A stretch of 64,000 nucleotides of DNA from an uncultured virus (IMG/VR IMGVR_UViG_3300002066_000001) (lineage: Duplodnaviria; Heunggongvirae; Uroviricota; Caudoviricetes): the IMG/VR virus record IMGVR_UViG_3300002066_000001. One strand, given 5' to 3'. Of this stretch, positions 10,777 through 22,525 are shown in pieces (position 1 is the stretch's first letter; every line of letters starts with the position of its first letter). The notes beneath the pieces are model-generated. The model was not told the origin of the DNA. It worked only from the letters and a program-made list of their open reading frames with translations, and made no database searches. Both the position numbers and the translations under genes were made by a program.

Positions 10777-11724
10777 CTATGCCGTCTCTTCTTCACTCAC
10801 AACTGGCAAACATACGTCGTCTGATGGTGCTTCCTCTCCGAACGCTGCTGCAACCAACTGGTTCTTGTACCATTCCGCTAGGCCAGCAGCTACGCCTCTT
10901 TGAATCTTCGGCCATGCGTACTTGAACAGTGCCTCTCGGATGAACACTTCTTCGTCTTTTAAGAGGTCTGTTCCTAACTCCCGCATCAACAGCCCGATGT
11001 CTTTCGGGTCGTGCAGGAGCGTTCCATTCTCGCTCAGGTGCTGGACGGCTTTCTGCCAGCGGGCCTCTGTCTTGAGCTGCACAACGAGGTTGTCGATGAA
11101 GTCCCCGGCATGAGGGTTAGCTGCTCCCCATTGCTTCTTGTGGTCTTCCTTGAACACTTCCGAGACAAACTTTGCCATCGTAACCTTGTGGTCTCTCGTG
11201 TTGAAAAAACCGTAGTTTTTCATCACGACGCCCTCAATCTTGGAGCCGCCGAGGAAACTGTCTGTCTGCAAAAACCCCTCAAGAAGGGTTTTTGTGACAA
11301 TGCCACGGTAGATGAAAGGAACGCACTCAAGACCGAGACGTTCTGCTTCTGCGGCTTTCTCATCGTATTCCATGTAGTCTTGGTCGCCCTTGTCGATGTC
11401 GAAGATGACCCAGTTGCGGACAGGAACGCGAGTGTAGGAGAGCGTGTTGTGGTGCGGTGTCTTCAGATATTCTCCACGATATGTCCAGCCGTCGTGAAAG
11501 TCTAAGTTCTGCAGATTGAGGACGGCGGGCGCAAACATTTTCTCGGGTGCTTCTTGATACACTTGCTTGCCGTGAGAACGGAAGAAGACAGTATCGCCCT
11601 CTTTACGGACAGAGAACTGACTACCATCAACTTTCTCTTCGACGGTCAACTCCATGTCGAGCAGGCCCTCGATTGCCTTGTTGCCGATGTTGTAAATCTC
11701 ACTGTAGCCGTTGATGTCGCTCAC
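10777..11724 (-). CDS. RNA ligase (Rnl2-like nucleotidyltransferase)
   Basis: Motif I EEKVDGSQ, RGEY, VIFDI, motif IV EGVVMK, motif V AKFVSEVFKE. Confidence 0.85.
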   Translation of the reverse strand: MSDINGYSEIYNIGNKAIEGLLDMELTVEEKVDGSQFSVRKEGDTVFFRSHGKQVYQEAPEKMFAPAVLNLQNLDFHDGWTYRGEYLKTPHHNTLSYTRVPVRNWVIFDIDKGDQDYMEYDEKAAEAERLGLECVPFIYRGIVTKTLLEGFLQTDSFLGGSKIEGVVMKNYGFFNTRDHKVTMAKFVSEVFKEDHKKQWGAANPHAGDFIDNLVVQLKTEARWQKAVQHLSENGTLLHDPKDIGLLMRELGTDLLKDEEVFIREALFKYAWPKIQRGVAAGLAEWYKNQLVAAAFGEEAPSDDVCLPVVSEEETA

Positions 11725-12523
11725 ATCCCCTCCTCGTATAGTTGTTCCGCGCGGCGAAACTCCCAGTCTGCCCGCGCGGCCTCGTGTACGTCACACTCCA
11801 AGAGCCAGATGATATAGTCCTCGATGCTCAACCCCTTGCGGGAAGCGAGACAGGCAATGTTTTGAGCAAGTATCATGTCCTTGATGTCGATGATGAGTCG
11901 CTTCATTTGATTCCTTTTGCCGAAAACACCGCAAGGTCAAGGTATCTATGGTCTTCGACATCTGTCCATCCCGTCCACGGAGCATCCCATCGACTGCTAT
12001 GACGGCAGAGCAGCCATTGTTTGAGCGTGTAGCAGCCGGGGCGTTTGAGGACTATGCTGTTATAGGGGTCTCGAATGGTAAAGGACATCCACGGTGGATT
12101 GAATTTATCGAGAAACTCGGGTGGGGTTCTACTCCCGCCGTCGTGGTGAAAGTGGCTTCCGTTTTTGCACGGCTTTCTCATGATAACTCTCCCGCGTTGA
12201 ACTTCCTCAATGCCTCTTGTGCGGCGCGCATCACGTTTTCTTTTGCGTTCCCGTAGTCTCCGCCCCCCCTGCCTCTGTCAGCATCGCCATAACTTCATCG
12301 CGTGTCAGTTTGTGTTCGCATTCGGAACAGTGCCACTGAACGTTTCCCTCATCTACTTCCGTAGCGACCTGTTCGTTCACAGAATCTGCTAGGTCATCAT
12401 TTCCTGCTTCTGTGTCGTAGTCCAGCTTGCCAGCGTAGACACAAGCCGTGACGGGAATAAATATCTCTACCGTGACTATGGCCACGGCTTCGACGTTCTC
12501 TTCCTCGCAATACGGACACTTGC

Positions 12524-13168
12524 TCATATGGCACTCTCCTTCGGCTGAGGTATTGCCTCAGCCTGACCGTCGCTGGCACAGAACGCTTCGGCACCATTAG
12601 GCCCTTCGTTGAGCCATTTGGCGCGCTGTTCGTACTCCTTTGTGTTGGGCTGACCGTTGTAAGTCATCTCCCAAATGACGTGTGCGAGAACAACGTCAGC
12701 GGGCGCTTCGAAAAACTCATGGTTAACGGTCATCCCCAACCACTCGTTCCAATCGCTATATTCGAGACCCCACTTTATCTCGTGATAGGTGTCCTTCTCG
12801 TCCCAAGGTGTTTCCTTTCCCCACTTCCACTCGTGTCCGTCGACGCACATGTCTTCCCACGGATGGTCAACGTACCGCAAGCGAATTGTGATGTCTGAAT
12901 AGACAGGAGAGAACTCGGTAAGCAGGCGCAGAACAGCAGCCGCGAAGTATTCACGTTCGTGCTCGAAGCGTTTCTTTCCGAAGCGCTTGTCGTCGGCATA
13001 TTCCCAAACCATGAGACGAGCGTACTGAGTGGCGGCAAGGTCAAGGAAGTTGGAAAGTCCGTCTGAATAGTCTTCCTGCGTGACAAAACGCGACGTGTCG
13101 CTGTCGCTAGCCCAACTGAAGACCATGCACAACCACTCGTACAGATTGATGTGACGCGAGTTCTCCAT
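12524..13168 (-). CDS. Hypothetical protein
   Basis: 214-aa ORF with RBS; C-terminal W.EWLGM...AH..WEMT motif. Confidence 0.65.
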   Translation of the reverse strand: MENSRHINLYEWLCMVFSWASDSDTSRFVTQEDYSDGLSNFLDLAATQYARLMVWEYADDKRFGKKRFEHEREYFAAAVLRLLTEFSPVYSDITIRLRYVDHPWEDMCVDGHEWKWGKETPWDEKDTYHEIKWGLEYSDWNEWLGMTVNHEFFEAPADVVLAHVIWEMTYNGQPNTKEYEQRAKWLNEGPNGAEAFCASDGQAEAIPQPKESAI

Positions 13169-13208
13169 TGTCTATTCCTTCGGTGCAGGATTTGTGGAAC
13201 AGGTGAAA

Positions 13209-13400
13209 CTATGCCTTGTAGTAAGCGTTGACTCCGATGGTGATGAGCTTTCCGTCTACCTTTGCGTCGGTGACGACGTTGCCGTGAGTGGAAGCGACGA
13301 CCATGTTCTTGAGGGACGTGGAAGGGGTAGCTTTCTCAAGAGGTAAAGTGATGACAAGCTCATTGCCCTTGACTTCAACCTTGATTTCAGTCTTGCTCAT
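13209..13400 (-). CDS. Small beta-rich conserved phage protein
   Basis: PS.S.KN.VVASTHGN...ITIGVNAY motif. Confidence 0.65.
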   Translation of the reverse strand: MSKTEIKVEVKGNELVITLPLEKATPSTSLKNMVVASTHGNVVTDAKVDGKLITIGVNAYYKA

Positions 13401-13654
13401 GATAACTCCTATGACAGCCGCCGCTGAGTTCGGTGGGGCGGGCTATCTGTCGTGCCTACATCCTGTTCGTCGATGTGTTTAGATAGACGAGTGCTTCTTC
13501 AAACGTGTCGAACTGTGTTGAATCGTCCACGCTGTCACGATAACTCTGTTCGTGGACAAACCACTTTCCATCGCTGTACCTTCCAATAGAACGATAGATT
13601 GCGCTGTAGGGTTTCTGAATAGCCCATTCGGGATTATTGTCTCTCGGGTTCATG

Positions 13655-13900
13655 TCACCCCTTTGGGGCAAGGACGGAGAAAGGAACGGTTACGGTTCCA
13701 AAGGGCGTGAGAGGCATAATTATCGCGCTGTTCCGTATTTTCTCCCTCTCCTGCTCTGTAGCGGCGAAAACCAGTTCTTCCAATTCAGCTCGTGTGGGGA
13801 TGTGTTTTCCTTTCGCATATCCGCAGTCTCCTTGAGCGCAGAATAGCGGCGTCTTGTCGACGCAGAGCAGTCTCTCCAGCAATTCCTCTACCGTTTTCAT
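13655..13900 (-). CDS. Hypothetical protein of the modular VEELRE / EQERE / SVLAPK family
   Basis: MKTVEELLER...ATEQEREKIR...VPFSVLAPKG. Confidence 0.65.
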   Translation of the reverse strand: MKTVEELLERLLCVDKTPLFCAQGDCGYAKGKHIPTRAELEELVFAATEQEREKIRNSAIIMPLTPFGTVTVPFSVLAPKG

Positions 13901-14280
13901 GTCAACTTACCGATGAGAATGTCGATGATGGGAACTGCTTGGAACCGAGCGAAGAAGGCCATTTGGTCGTGTTTGGCAAGTGCTTCGCTGTCTTCTGTTC
14001 CCCACGGGGTGAAGCAGACTGTTCCTTCAGGTGCATTGAAAATATTCGAAGCTGCAAGTTCTTGGACACAGGCGATTCGATATTCTTTTCCCGTAGGCAC
14101 ATCAACAACGTAGATTTCGAAGAAGTCCTTCAGTTCCTTATCGGAGACCCTGTAGGTTTTTGCTACAACCTTGACTGCCGTGTTCCAACCAGCGGCTATC
14201 GTTGTGATGCCGGACTTCTCTCCACCGAGACGTGACGTTTCGCCCTTGTGACCTTGAACTGTTGCTCTAAAGCGTGCCAT
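13897..14280 (-). CDS. Conserved phage hypothetical protein
   Basis: MARFRATVQG.KGETSRLG N-terminal motif; AAGGAG RBS. Confidence 0.65.
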   Translation of the reverse strand: MARFRATVQGHKGETSRLGGEKSGITTIAAGWNTAVKVVAKTYRVSDKELKDFFEIYVVDVPTGKEYRIACVQELAASNIFNAPEGTVCFTPWGTEDSEALAKHDQMAFFARFQAVPIIDILIGKLT

Positions 14281-14813
14281 GTTTTCTCCTTTCTTCGGCA
14301 TCGCGCTCTCCATTGTTATAGCCCCAAACGTACAGGCAGAGCGCATAAATCGTAATGATGAACACTATTCCGAGCGCACCCCAAAACTCACTCATGTCCT
14401 TACCCTGCAACCCTGTCTTCTTCGACCACGAGTATGTCATCATACAGGTTCGCCAAGTCCGCTTCTGAAACGCAATCCAGAGCGAAGGTAGCAAGGTCTT
14501 GTTCGATGAACGTCGAAGTCTTGTCCATGACGATTTCTTCGTAGATGAAGTTGTAGAGGTATTCTGCCTTGAAGTTAGTGGGGTCGATAGGCTTGAACAA
14601 TTTTACTTCACGAGCTAACTTCGCGCAGTAAGGGGCGTCTGAGTCCTCTGCGTCCGTCTCGAACTCGTCCAGTAGCCTCTTGGCTACATTCTTGGACAGA
14701 TACTCCATGCGGACGTCAGCAGACTTGTCATCCACGTCATCATATGTTCCGGCTATCCCTAGTGTCTTCATGTCTCCCCCTTATTGACAGCTCGTCTGCG
14801 GGCTATCTGACTG

Positions 14814-15197
14814 TTATGCAAACCGCTCTTGAAACTTCCATTGAAGCAATTTGTAGGCGGCTGTCCAATTGTTAGACCAATCCCACTTCCCTTCGTAGTA
14901 GCAGCGTTCTTGGTACGTCTGAAACTCTTGTCCGTTGGTAAGGGTCTCGTTGAGGACGGCCATTGCCCTCTTGACGCTGGTGCGCGTCTTGCCCCCGCCG
15001 TCAACAAACTCCATGACGCAGGGATACTCCGGCAGGACGATGTTTTTCATGCTCTCTGGAATCTCGCTGTTGACTATCTTTCCCAAGATTGCCGTGTGAT
15101 AAGTGCCGTCCCATTGCACATGAATGATAGGACTGTCATCGCTTGCTACGAACTGATGTCCATTGCATCGTCCGAACGAAACCGTTGTGTATTCCAT
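14814..15197 (-). CDS. Hypothetical protein whose 5' end is duplicated upstream
   Basis: AAAGGAG RBS; starts MEYTTVSFGRCNGH. Confidence 0.6.
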   Translation of the reverse strand: MEYTTVSFGRCNGHQFVASDDSPIIHVQWDGTYHTAILGKIVNSEIPESMKNIVLPEYPCVMEFVDGGGKTRTSVKRAMAVLNETLTNGQEFQTYQERCYYEGKWDWSNNWTAAYKLLQWKFQERFA

Positions 15198-15342
15198 GTC
15201 ATCTCCTTTGTGCTCATGCCGTCGCATCAAGCATTGGGCGCGCCGACATGAACGATTCTGCTGTTGTCATCTGCTACGAAACAGTGTCCCTTGCATCGTC
15301 CGAACGAGACTGTTGTGTATTCCATATCATCTCCTTTGAGCT
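15118..15342. repeat. Tandem duplication of about 95 bp (RBS plus gene start), start codons 128 bp apart
   Basis: ttgcatcgtccgaacga.ac.gttgtgtattccat.tcatctcctttg.gct occurs at about 15162-15214 and 15290-15342. Confidence 0.85.
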
Positions 15343-15801
15343 ACGAGACACCATTTGCTCTCGTCGTAGAAGTTGTACTCGTCTGTCAGATAGAGGTTAA
15401 ACCGCGTCCATATGTAACCACCAGCGTACGTCTCGGTGCGAATCTTGTGCATAGCGGCTTTTTCGTTCTTACCCCTGTCCAAACTCCTGAACTTGAATAT
15501 TCTTGCGTGGTCTGAACCGAGTTGAGTTTCCTCTCCGTTGGCGTCTACTTCACAGGCATAGAAGGTCATCTTGCCGCCTTATATTCAGGAGTGAAGATGT
15601 CGCACTCAATCTGCGACAGGCGCGTCATCAGTCTGTCTGCGTCATACTGTCCGAAATATGAGACGAAGAAGGAGTAGCGGCTTCTCGCGGGGTTTCTCAC
15701 CTTATCAGACCATTGCTCCAAGTCCTTGTTCGTTTTGATGCCAAGCTCTTGCAACTTCTCTCGTAGGCTCATGTCAGCTCCTTTGTTGCAGGATGTGTTG
15801 C

Positions 15802-16149
15802 CTAGTAGTCGTTCTCGTTCTTCCAGAAGCTGAAGTCGCTTCCGTCCCCTTCAGACGAGCCATAGTAGCAGCCTTCAGGGGCTATCTCTTCAAACAGGTT
15901 CCACAGGGTTTCATTGAGGTCGGTTGACGAGTAACTGTCACCTGCCCAAAAGTCTGTCTGCCAGTTCGTAAAGGCGTTATTCCAGCGAGTGAGCCACTCG
16001 GTATGAATGTGCTGTTCTGCTCGTTGAACGAACTCGTTCATAGCATTGGCGACATCATCTTCCTTCATGGTTGCTTCGCTGATAGGAAAGCCGATGAACG
16101 TTTCGTCGAGTTTGGCATGTCTGACAGATACGTTGATGACTTCGTTCAT
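15802..16149 (-). CDS. Conserved phage hypothetical protein
   Basis: APEGCYYGSSEGDGSDFSFW C-terminal motif. Confidence 0.7.
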   Translation of the reverse strand: MNEVINVSVRHAKLDETFIGFPISEATMKEDDVANAMNEFVQRAEQHIHTEWLTRWNNAFTNWQTDFWAGDSYSSTDLNETLWNLFEEIAPEGCYYGSSEGDGSDFSFWKNENDY

Positions 16150-16857
16150 AGCCCCGCCTTCACTACGTCAAGGATGCTCTGAGCAAGCATGTTGATGGCT
16201 TCAGCCGCGTTTAGCAGGTGGTCTACCTGTTCAATTCTTCCCTTGTCGCTGTTCAGGGCTGAGTTGAGTGCCACACTTGCGATGTTGTAGTGCACGATGT
16301 CCGCAGGCGTCCAGAGTTGTGCAGCCTTACCGAGTTTCAGTCCCATGTCTCTCCCCCTTATCTAATGTGCGTGGCAACGCCCGGGAACAGTAGTCATATC
16401 CCTCCATCCTCAAGCGGATAACTTTGTCCCCTTCTAATCGAATACAATCATGTGCGGCCTCGCTCCATCTCGCACAATCTCTGCAATGTGTGACTTGTTC
16501 AATCACCCGATTGACCGCTCTCTGCGTATCCGCCATCGACAAGGACAGAAGTTGCAGACCAAATGTCAATCCAGCCTTGTCCAGACCTTTCTTTGCCATG
16601 TCTGTCTCCTTGCCCCTATAAGGGATTACGCGCCGAGGTCAGTTGCACAAGTCTCTAGTCCGCAGAACTGCTTGAGAACTCGTACTTGCGCGCTATCGGT
16701 TTCAGGTTGAAGTCCTTCTTGTGACCGTTGCTGTCCACACCGATGAAACTGACTTCGCCGCCTTCGACAATCACCGATTCCACTTGGACGGTGTAGCTCT
16801 CTTCAAACTCGCCGCCCCAATAGGCTTTCTGGCATTTGAAGACGAGTTCGCCTTCCA

Positions 16858-17292
16858 TTAGGACACCGCCTCTCGGACTTCCGGCGTGTTCAATGTCTGC
16901 CGGATAGTCTCCTTGAACTGTTGGAACTCCCGCTCGACCCCTTCCAAGCACTGTCGTTCAGAATCAAGGTCGCGCTTGACCGCTTCAAGATGACCGTTGA
17001 GTTCGTACAGTTGCCTATCCTTCAGGATGACCTGTTGCTGTTCCATGAGAAGAGCCTGTACAGCTCTGTCCTTGATTTTCATCGCTGCTTCGATGTTCTC
17101 TTTTGCAGCCTCTCCGAGATATACGAGACGAGCCACGTCAAGCGTCGAGTCGTCCAACATTGCACGACTCAGGACTTCGTCAAAGTGCTCCAGATAGTCA
17201 TGCAGGTACGATTCCTTAGGAAGTGAGGCGTAGAACTTGTTCCAGAGTGCCATTTCCATTGCTTTGCTTATCATGTTTGCCCCCTTAGTCAA
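16858..17292 (-). CDS. Coiled-coil hypothetical protein
   Basis: Heptad-like C-terminal half. Confidence 0.55.
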   Translation of the reverse strand: MTKGANMISKAMEMALWNKFYASLPKESYLHDYLEHFDEVLSRAMLDDSTLDVARLVYLGEAAKENIEAAMKIKDRAVQALLMEQQQVILKDRQLYELNGHLEAVKRDLDSERQCLEGVEREFQQFKETIRQTLNTPEVREAVS

Positions 17293-17928
17293 TGGCTTCT
17301 ACTTCATAGACGCCGCTTCCACGGTCAATAACGCATCCATCCCTAAAAGAACGAGCGTCTTCTACACAAAGGAACACGGCAATTATGGTTTTCCATTGTT
17401 CGTTGCTCTGACGATAGGTGACGACAAAAGAAGCGTTGCGTTCGTTGAAGACATCGACTCGTTTCTTGTCCATAGTTGGTCTCCCTTACTTTGCCGGACG
17501 AACAACAACAACGTCACCAGTAGTTGTCAACTTGATACCAAAGGCGCGCAAGGTCTGCTTGATAGCGTCTTTGCTGTCAGTTGCATAGAGCGTGAAGTTC
17601 TGATTATTGCAGGCTACTTCGTACTTCGTCAGCTTCATCTCATCGACGTTTGTCATGGTTGCCTCCGTTGATTATGTGACAGTCCCCAAGGCGGCTGTCT
17701 AGGCGTTCTGCAATTCGATTGCGCGACTTCTGTTCCACGAGCGCGGTCTGTACCAGACGCAGTTCCAATGGTGCGTATACTGCGACAGGGCAAGGACTCT
17801 GATTGCGTGGAATCGCGTGTTGTCAAGCGTGTCTGCGTACAAGCAGGCGTCGCCTTCGTGAGCAAAGCAGGCGATTTCCTCAAAGTCGGACTCCAACAGG
17901 CGTGAGATTTGAACCTTGGCGATTGTTT

Positions 17929-18174
17929 TCATGGGTTGATGACACAGTTGGCAACTTTCGCCGCGAGTCCAACATGGCGTGAGGTTGTCATGCTCTTGAA
18001 CTGCTTGCCGCCCTTTGTGTAGTTGATGACAACCTTGCCCCTCAAGCCGTCTGTGTAGCCAATTATCAGGGCGTAGGAGTAAAGGGTTGCCCCGTCCGTT
18101 GTCAGAGCGCCAGCCTCTGCGATATGTCCGCTCTGCCAAGCCCAAACAACTGTTTCGTTGCGTAGAACGCTCAT
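17929..18174 (-). CDS. Conserved phage early protein
   Basis: LYSY..IIG...SMTTSRHV motif. Confidence 0.65.
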   Translation of the reverse strand: MSVLRNETVVWAWQSGHIAEAGALTTDGATLYSYALIIGYTDGLRGKVVINYTKGGKQFKSMTTSRHVGLAAKVANCVINP

Positions 18175-20068
18175 CTTGCCCTCTTCTGTTGCGACTGTAC
18201 GCGCCAGACCTTGCCGTTCTGCTCCACAACCTTGTAGCCGTTGTGGTTGATGTCCTCATGCTCGTTCTTGCCGAAGATGTCGTTGAACTTGACTTGCCAC
18301 TCTCTCATATTCATGCTAGCCTCCGATGGCTTATGCCGCAGTTGTCGCAAACTTTGTTGAACGCCAAGATATACCGTCTGGCGTCTCTGAGGTCGATTGA
18401 CGAGCCGGTGTCCGTGAAAGAGGCAAAATAGCCCTGTTGCATGAACTTCAGAAGAGCATAGGCCATCGTATAGTTCTCCGTATTGACGTTTCTCTCGACG
18501 ATTTTTGCCTGTTCTTCAATTTCCGCGTCGGGATAATGTTCGTTTGCGCCCGCTGTCTCAATTATCGGGGCTTTCCAGACCGTAGGCACGGTCACTAGAG
18601 CATCCCATTCGTTGCGAGTTGTATAGTTGGCCATTCGAATCCTCCGATATTGGTGCTGCGGAACTGTTCTTGAGGTATCGGTTCGTCCTCAGGGTTCTTT
18701 GCCGCAAAATAGCGTTCCCAAACTTCGTCCATGAGGTCGCTGATTGCGTCGGGCTGTGGCATTGCGATGTAGTCGAGTTCCGAGATGGTTTCAGGAGACG
18801 CGGTCATGAGAGCGTAGATTCCTCCGAGTGTCCCGTAGAGAAGACACCAGAACTGCGCCTTGTGCTTCTTTCCGCGCCTGATTGCCTCCCACGCCTTGTC
18901 ATATTCGGCGGAAATGACGGCTTTCTGCATTGTGTCGAACATATCGGCCTCCTATTTGCCGTTCAGCAGGTCGTGGAGCATGTTCTTGGAGTGCAGCAAT
19001 CCGTCTTCTGCGTTGAGGACTTTCTTTTGACTTAGACTGTGCGTGTCGTTCTTTTCAAGGGCGATGCAGATGTCGATTCCATCATTCAGAGCGTCGATGA
19101 TTTCCCTTATGTCGTTGTTCGTCATGAGAGCCTCCTGTGGCTACTTGATTGTCAAGACGCAGACATCGCTCGGATACTGCCAAGCATCGGGGCAGAAGCT
19201 GATGACTTCGACCTCTTCGCGGTTTCTTTCGACATTGAAGCGTTTGTTGCAGAACATTTGGAAGCCACGAACTCGCACAAATTGGTCGCGGTTGTTGTAC
19301 TCCAAGGCTGCTTCGATTGTGTTCCAAGGCAGAACGTGTCCATTATCAAAATCCCGCTGAAATTGCCGTTCAATCGCATGAGGCGTGATGACGACCGTAA
19401 ACGTCCCTCTGTGCAGATATTGGCAAGCGTTCATGCTAGCTTCCTGTTGGTTTTGCCCACCATCAAAATAACGCTCGGTCGTTTGTTGAACAACTGGATG
19501 TGCTTCTTGGCGGCTTTCTGGTCAACTGCATACCCTTCAGGTGTCCTGTCAGGGATAAAACCGTTCCCCATGAACCACAGAAGCGCATATTCGGTCGGAT
19601 AATCAGGCGTATTGTCGATATGTTTGACGGCGACGATGTTGCGCTGTTCCCCGACAAGAAGCGCGCCATATTTACTCGGGTTGGACGTTTTGCTCAGGAT
19701 GCCGCTCCAATGGGCGCTGTCGTGGTCGTTTCGATGGTCAGCCATGTCGTACGTCATGCGTTGCGGTCGCATTAGACCGCCTGAAACAAGATTGCCGCAG
19801 GGTTGCCGATTCTGAACGAAACGCGACATCCGCGTTCATCGAACCAGCCCGAGAAGATACCGTTCTGGACATTTTCCTTGATGGTTGCGAATGTTGCATC
19901 ACCGACAAAACGCGGTGTGACAATGTGCGTGGTTTCTTTCGTGTTACCGATATAGCTCGTGACTTCGTTCGTCCCCGACATAGTAACCCCCTCAGATTGG
20001 TGCATATGTGACAGCTCCACTTGGGGACTGTCTGACTGTCTGACTGTGTGCGTATCTGTTAGCGCGTG

Positions 20069-20527
20069 CTACCCTGCGATGCCGCGAGCCAGCTTGAGCG
20101 TGGACGCTGCCTGCTTGGCGTACCAGCAGACGGTCTTTGAATTGAAGCGGAACCCCTGCGCCTTCATTGCAGCGCGGATGGTGTTGGTCGGAATACCGTT
20201 GAAGAACAGCTCGACGCCATGCTTTTCGGCGTTCAGAACCATCGTTGCGGCGGTTGCGACAGCCTTGGGCGTGGGTGCATGACGCGCGGTCACGGCTTCG
20301 TACGCGAGACGAGCAGCCTTCGCACCCTTCTTGTCAGCGGCGTTCGGGACGTACTTGGCGACTGCGGCAGCGTCCATGCGTGCGTCCAGCGTGCTCGCCT
20401 TGCTCGCGGTTGCGCGTTTCGCGGTTGCGGGCGCGGCTGTAGGCGTGCTGTGCGTGAGAGCCTGAAGCAAAGCGTCGAACTTCGCGTTCTGTGCGGTGAT
20501 GAGTGCGGCTACGGTTGCGTTAGTCAT
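20069..20527 (-). CDS. Probable first gene of the leftward operon; Ala-rich N-terminus plus a small domain seen in polyvalent proteins of mobile elements
   Basis: AGGAGG RBS; C-terminal NAEKHGVELFFNGIP...R.AMKAQGFRF.....CWYAK. Confidence 0.65.
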   Translation of the reverse strand: MTNATVAALITAQNAKFDALLQALTHSTPTAAPATAKRATASKASTLDARMDAAAVAKYVPNAADKKGAKAARLAYEAVTARHAPTPKAVATAATMVLNAEKHGVELFFNGIPTNTIRAAMKAQGFRFNSKTVCWYAKQAASTLKLARGIAG

Positions 20528-22029
20528 GGTGAGCCTCCTGTGAAGCTTATGTGAGGGTTTGGACAGCCCTCTGCTGTGGGCATTGCTGCCGCACATACGA
20601 GCGTAGCAACACGTCCGCATGTGTAGGAACAAAGCCATAACGTTCACCAGAACAGGGCATAAAGGTCGGCCTAATGCTGTACTGCGATACGGTTCCAAAG
20701 AACCCTAAATCGCTGTTGACAACAGGGTTTGCGGTTTCGCCGTGCCTGTATGCGCCTGTTCTGTATCGCGCCAGCCATGCAGCCACAAGCTCGTTCCCTG
20801 TGTTGGAGTTCACCTACCCATGCTACCAACGCGGGCTGTGTGTTTGTATGACTGTTTGTAGATGTTGGAGCTTTGACTTGCAACCATATCGACATCACAA
20901 TATGCAGCCAATGGTTTGCTATTAGGGTATAGCTACCCATTAGAAGTGAACCATATGAAGTCGGGTTGTAGCACAACAAGGTCAGGACATAGTCACCCAT
21001 ACGTTCGGGGCTGTTGGATTTGTCAAAAGCAAGCAACCAATAGGCAGGAAACACTACACCTTGACAGGATATAGTGACTCGTATATGACGGTTCCAGTGA
21101 ACCCTAACACATACAACCTATAGACAGTCTGACCCATTAGAAGGTTGTCGCTTCTGACCTTGTTTAGTTGTCAATGAACAGTCCTACTCGTCACAGAAGG
21201 ACGTTGAGTGATACTACCTCATGCTCGTGCTAGTATTCATCTCAAGACAATGAGACACTAGCGAAGCACTCCGCATTTTCACTCGTGCGAGCTGAGCGGC
21301 TCGCTTTCTTACTCCTTAATTGTACAACTAGCTATCTTGAAGCTGGGGGGATTGATTAATACTGACGTTGCAGGCTAGTTGATGGTCTCCTAGCGACGTC
21401 TGTTAAGTTATGTCATTACCTACCGGGGAAGCTATGTCTTGCGGGAATGCTACTCTGCTTGATTCCTAGCAATAGTTGTACCCAGTTAAATGAAAGCCAG
21501 TCCCGATGCTGTTGTACTATTGTAGTAGTACAAGCGGACAAGAAGTAGAATCGCCGGAGAAAGGAAAGTCTCCTGACCCCCCCAAAACCTGCCTTCCGCT
21601 AGTTCTGATGCGGGGGTCTTTTGGACGGGCGCTTCCAATTTCTCGGACAGCAATATGTTGACATTGAATAATTATGATTTGGCGCAAGGGGGATATTAAA
21701 GAATCCAGTTGTTAAGTCATTGGTCAAATACGGAATCTGGAACCGCGCAAATCTTTTCTACCATTATTTACTTCTCTCTTAATATCTAGTTCTTTAAAAG
21801 ATAGTTCTTTTAAAAGAACCCCATCTCCAGTGGTGTAAGTAATATATTAGGTACGTACGTCCTTACCCAATGATGCCTCTTCATAACGACGCAAGTTCAT
21901 AATGTCATAATTACTGACTTCCGCAAAGACGCATCATCACTACCATAGATACCCCTTCTGTTCTCTACAGTGGAGAGGACAACTATCTTATGGGCGGGGT
22001 TTGCTCTCCTTTTCCCCGCCCGCCCTTGT

Positions 22030-22104
22030 GGGCTTTTAGTTCAATCGGGAGAACTCCTGTTCTGCAAGCAGGCGATGAGGGTTCGAGCCCCTCTTAGTCC
22101 ACCA
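22030..22104 (+). tRNA. tRNA-Ala(TGC), atypical
   Basis: G3:U70 pair, anticodon arm cctgt-TCTGCAA-gcagg, T-arm gaggg-ttcgagc-ccctc, ACCA end. Has C33 and two acceptor-stem mismatches. Confidence 0.7.
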
Positions 22105-22107
22105 TAC

Positions 22108-22182
22108 GAGCATGTCGATTATCTAGTAAGTCCCCTGTCCCCAAAACAGGAGAACCCTGTGCAAATCGGGGCGAGCTCGCCA
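22108..22182 (+). tRNA. Degenerate tRNA-Trp(CCA)-like
   Basis: gagc/gctc acceptor, cctgt-CCCCAAA-acagg anticodon arm, weak T-arm, GCCA end. Confidence 0.4.
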
Positions 22183-22207
22183 TTTGAAAAGGGCAAAAGG
22201 GAGAGAG

Positions 22208-22525
22208 ATGGTAGGAATCACAGTAGAGCGTGTCTCGAAAAAGAGGATGCACGAAGAGTGGGTCAAAGCCGGGGGAGATGAATCAATGACGCCCGAAGGT
22301 CTGACTCTTACGCCGAAAGAAATAGCCCGCAATCCTATCAGGGGAAATGGAAAGATTGAAATCTTCATCCAAGAAAAGATGAAGCAAGACCTCTCCAGAG
22401 AAACCATCTTCCACGAGATGATGCACGTTTCTCAGTTTCTCTGTGGATGTGAAATCGACGAGAAGATGTCTATCGAATGGGCGAAGTTTCTTACGACGTG
22501 GCTGAAGGAAAGGAAGAAGGAATGA
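22208..22525 (+). CDS. Small HExxH zincin-like metallopeptidase
   Basis: ETIFHEMMHV...DE. Confidence 0.6.
   Translation: MVGITVERVSKKRMHEEWVKAGGDESMTPEGLTLTPKEIARNPIRGNGKIEIFIQEKMKQDLSRETIFHEMMHVSQFLCGCEIDEKMSIEWAKFLTTWLKERKKE

Noticed and set aside
21555..21575. RNase P-like AGGAAAGTC
   Set aside because: It is explained by a local ggaga/tctcc hairpin, and no 3' P4 partner motif was seen.
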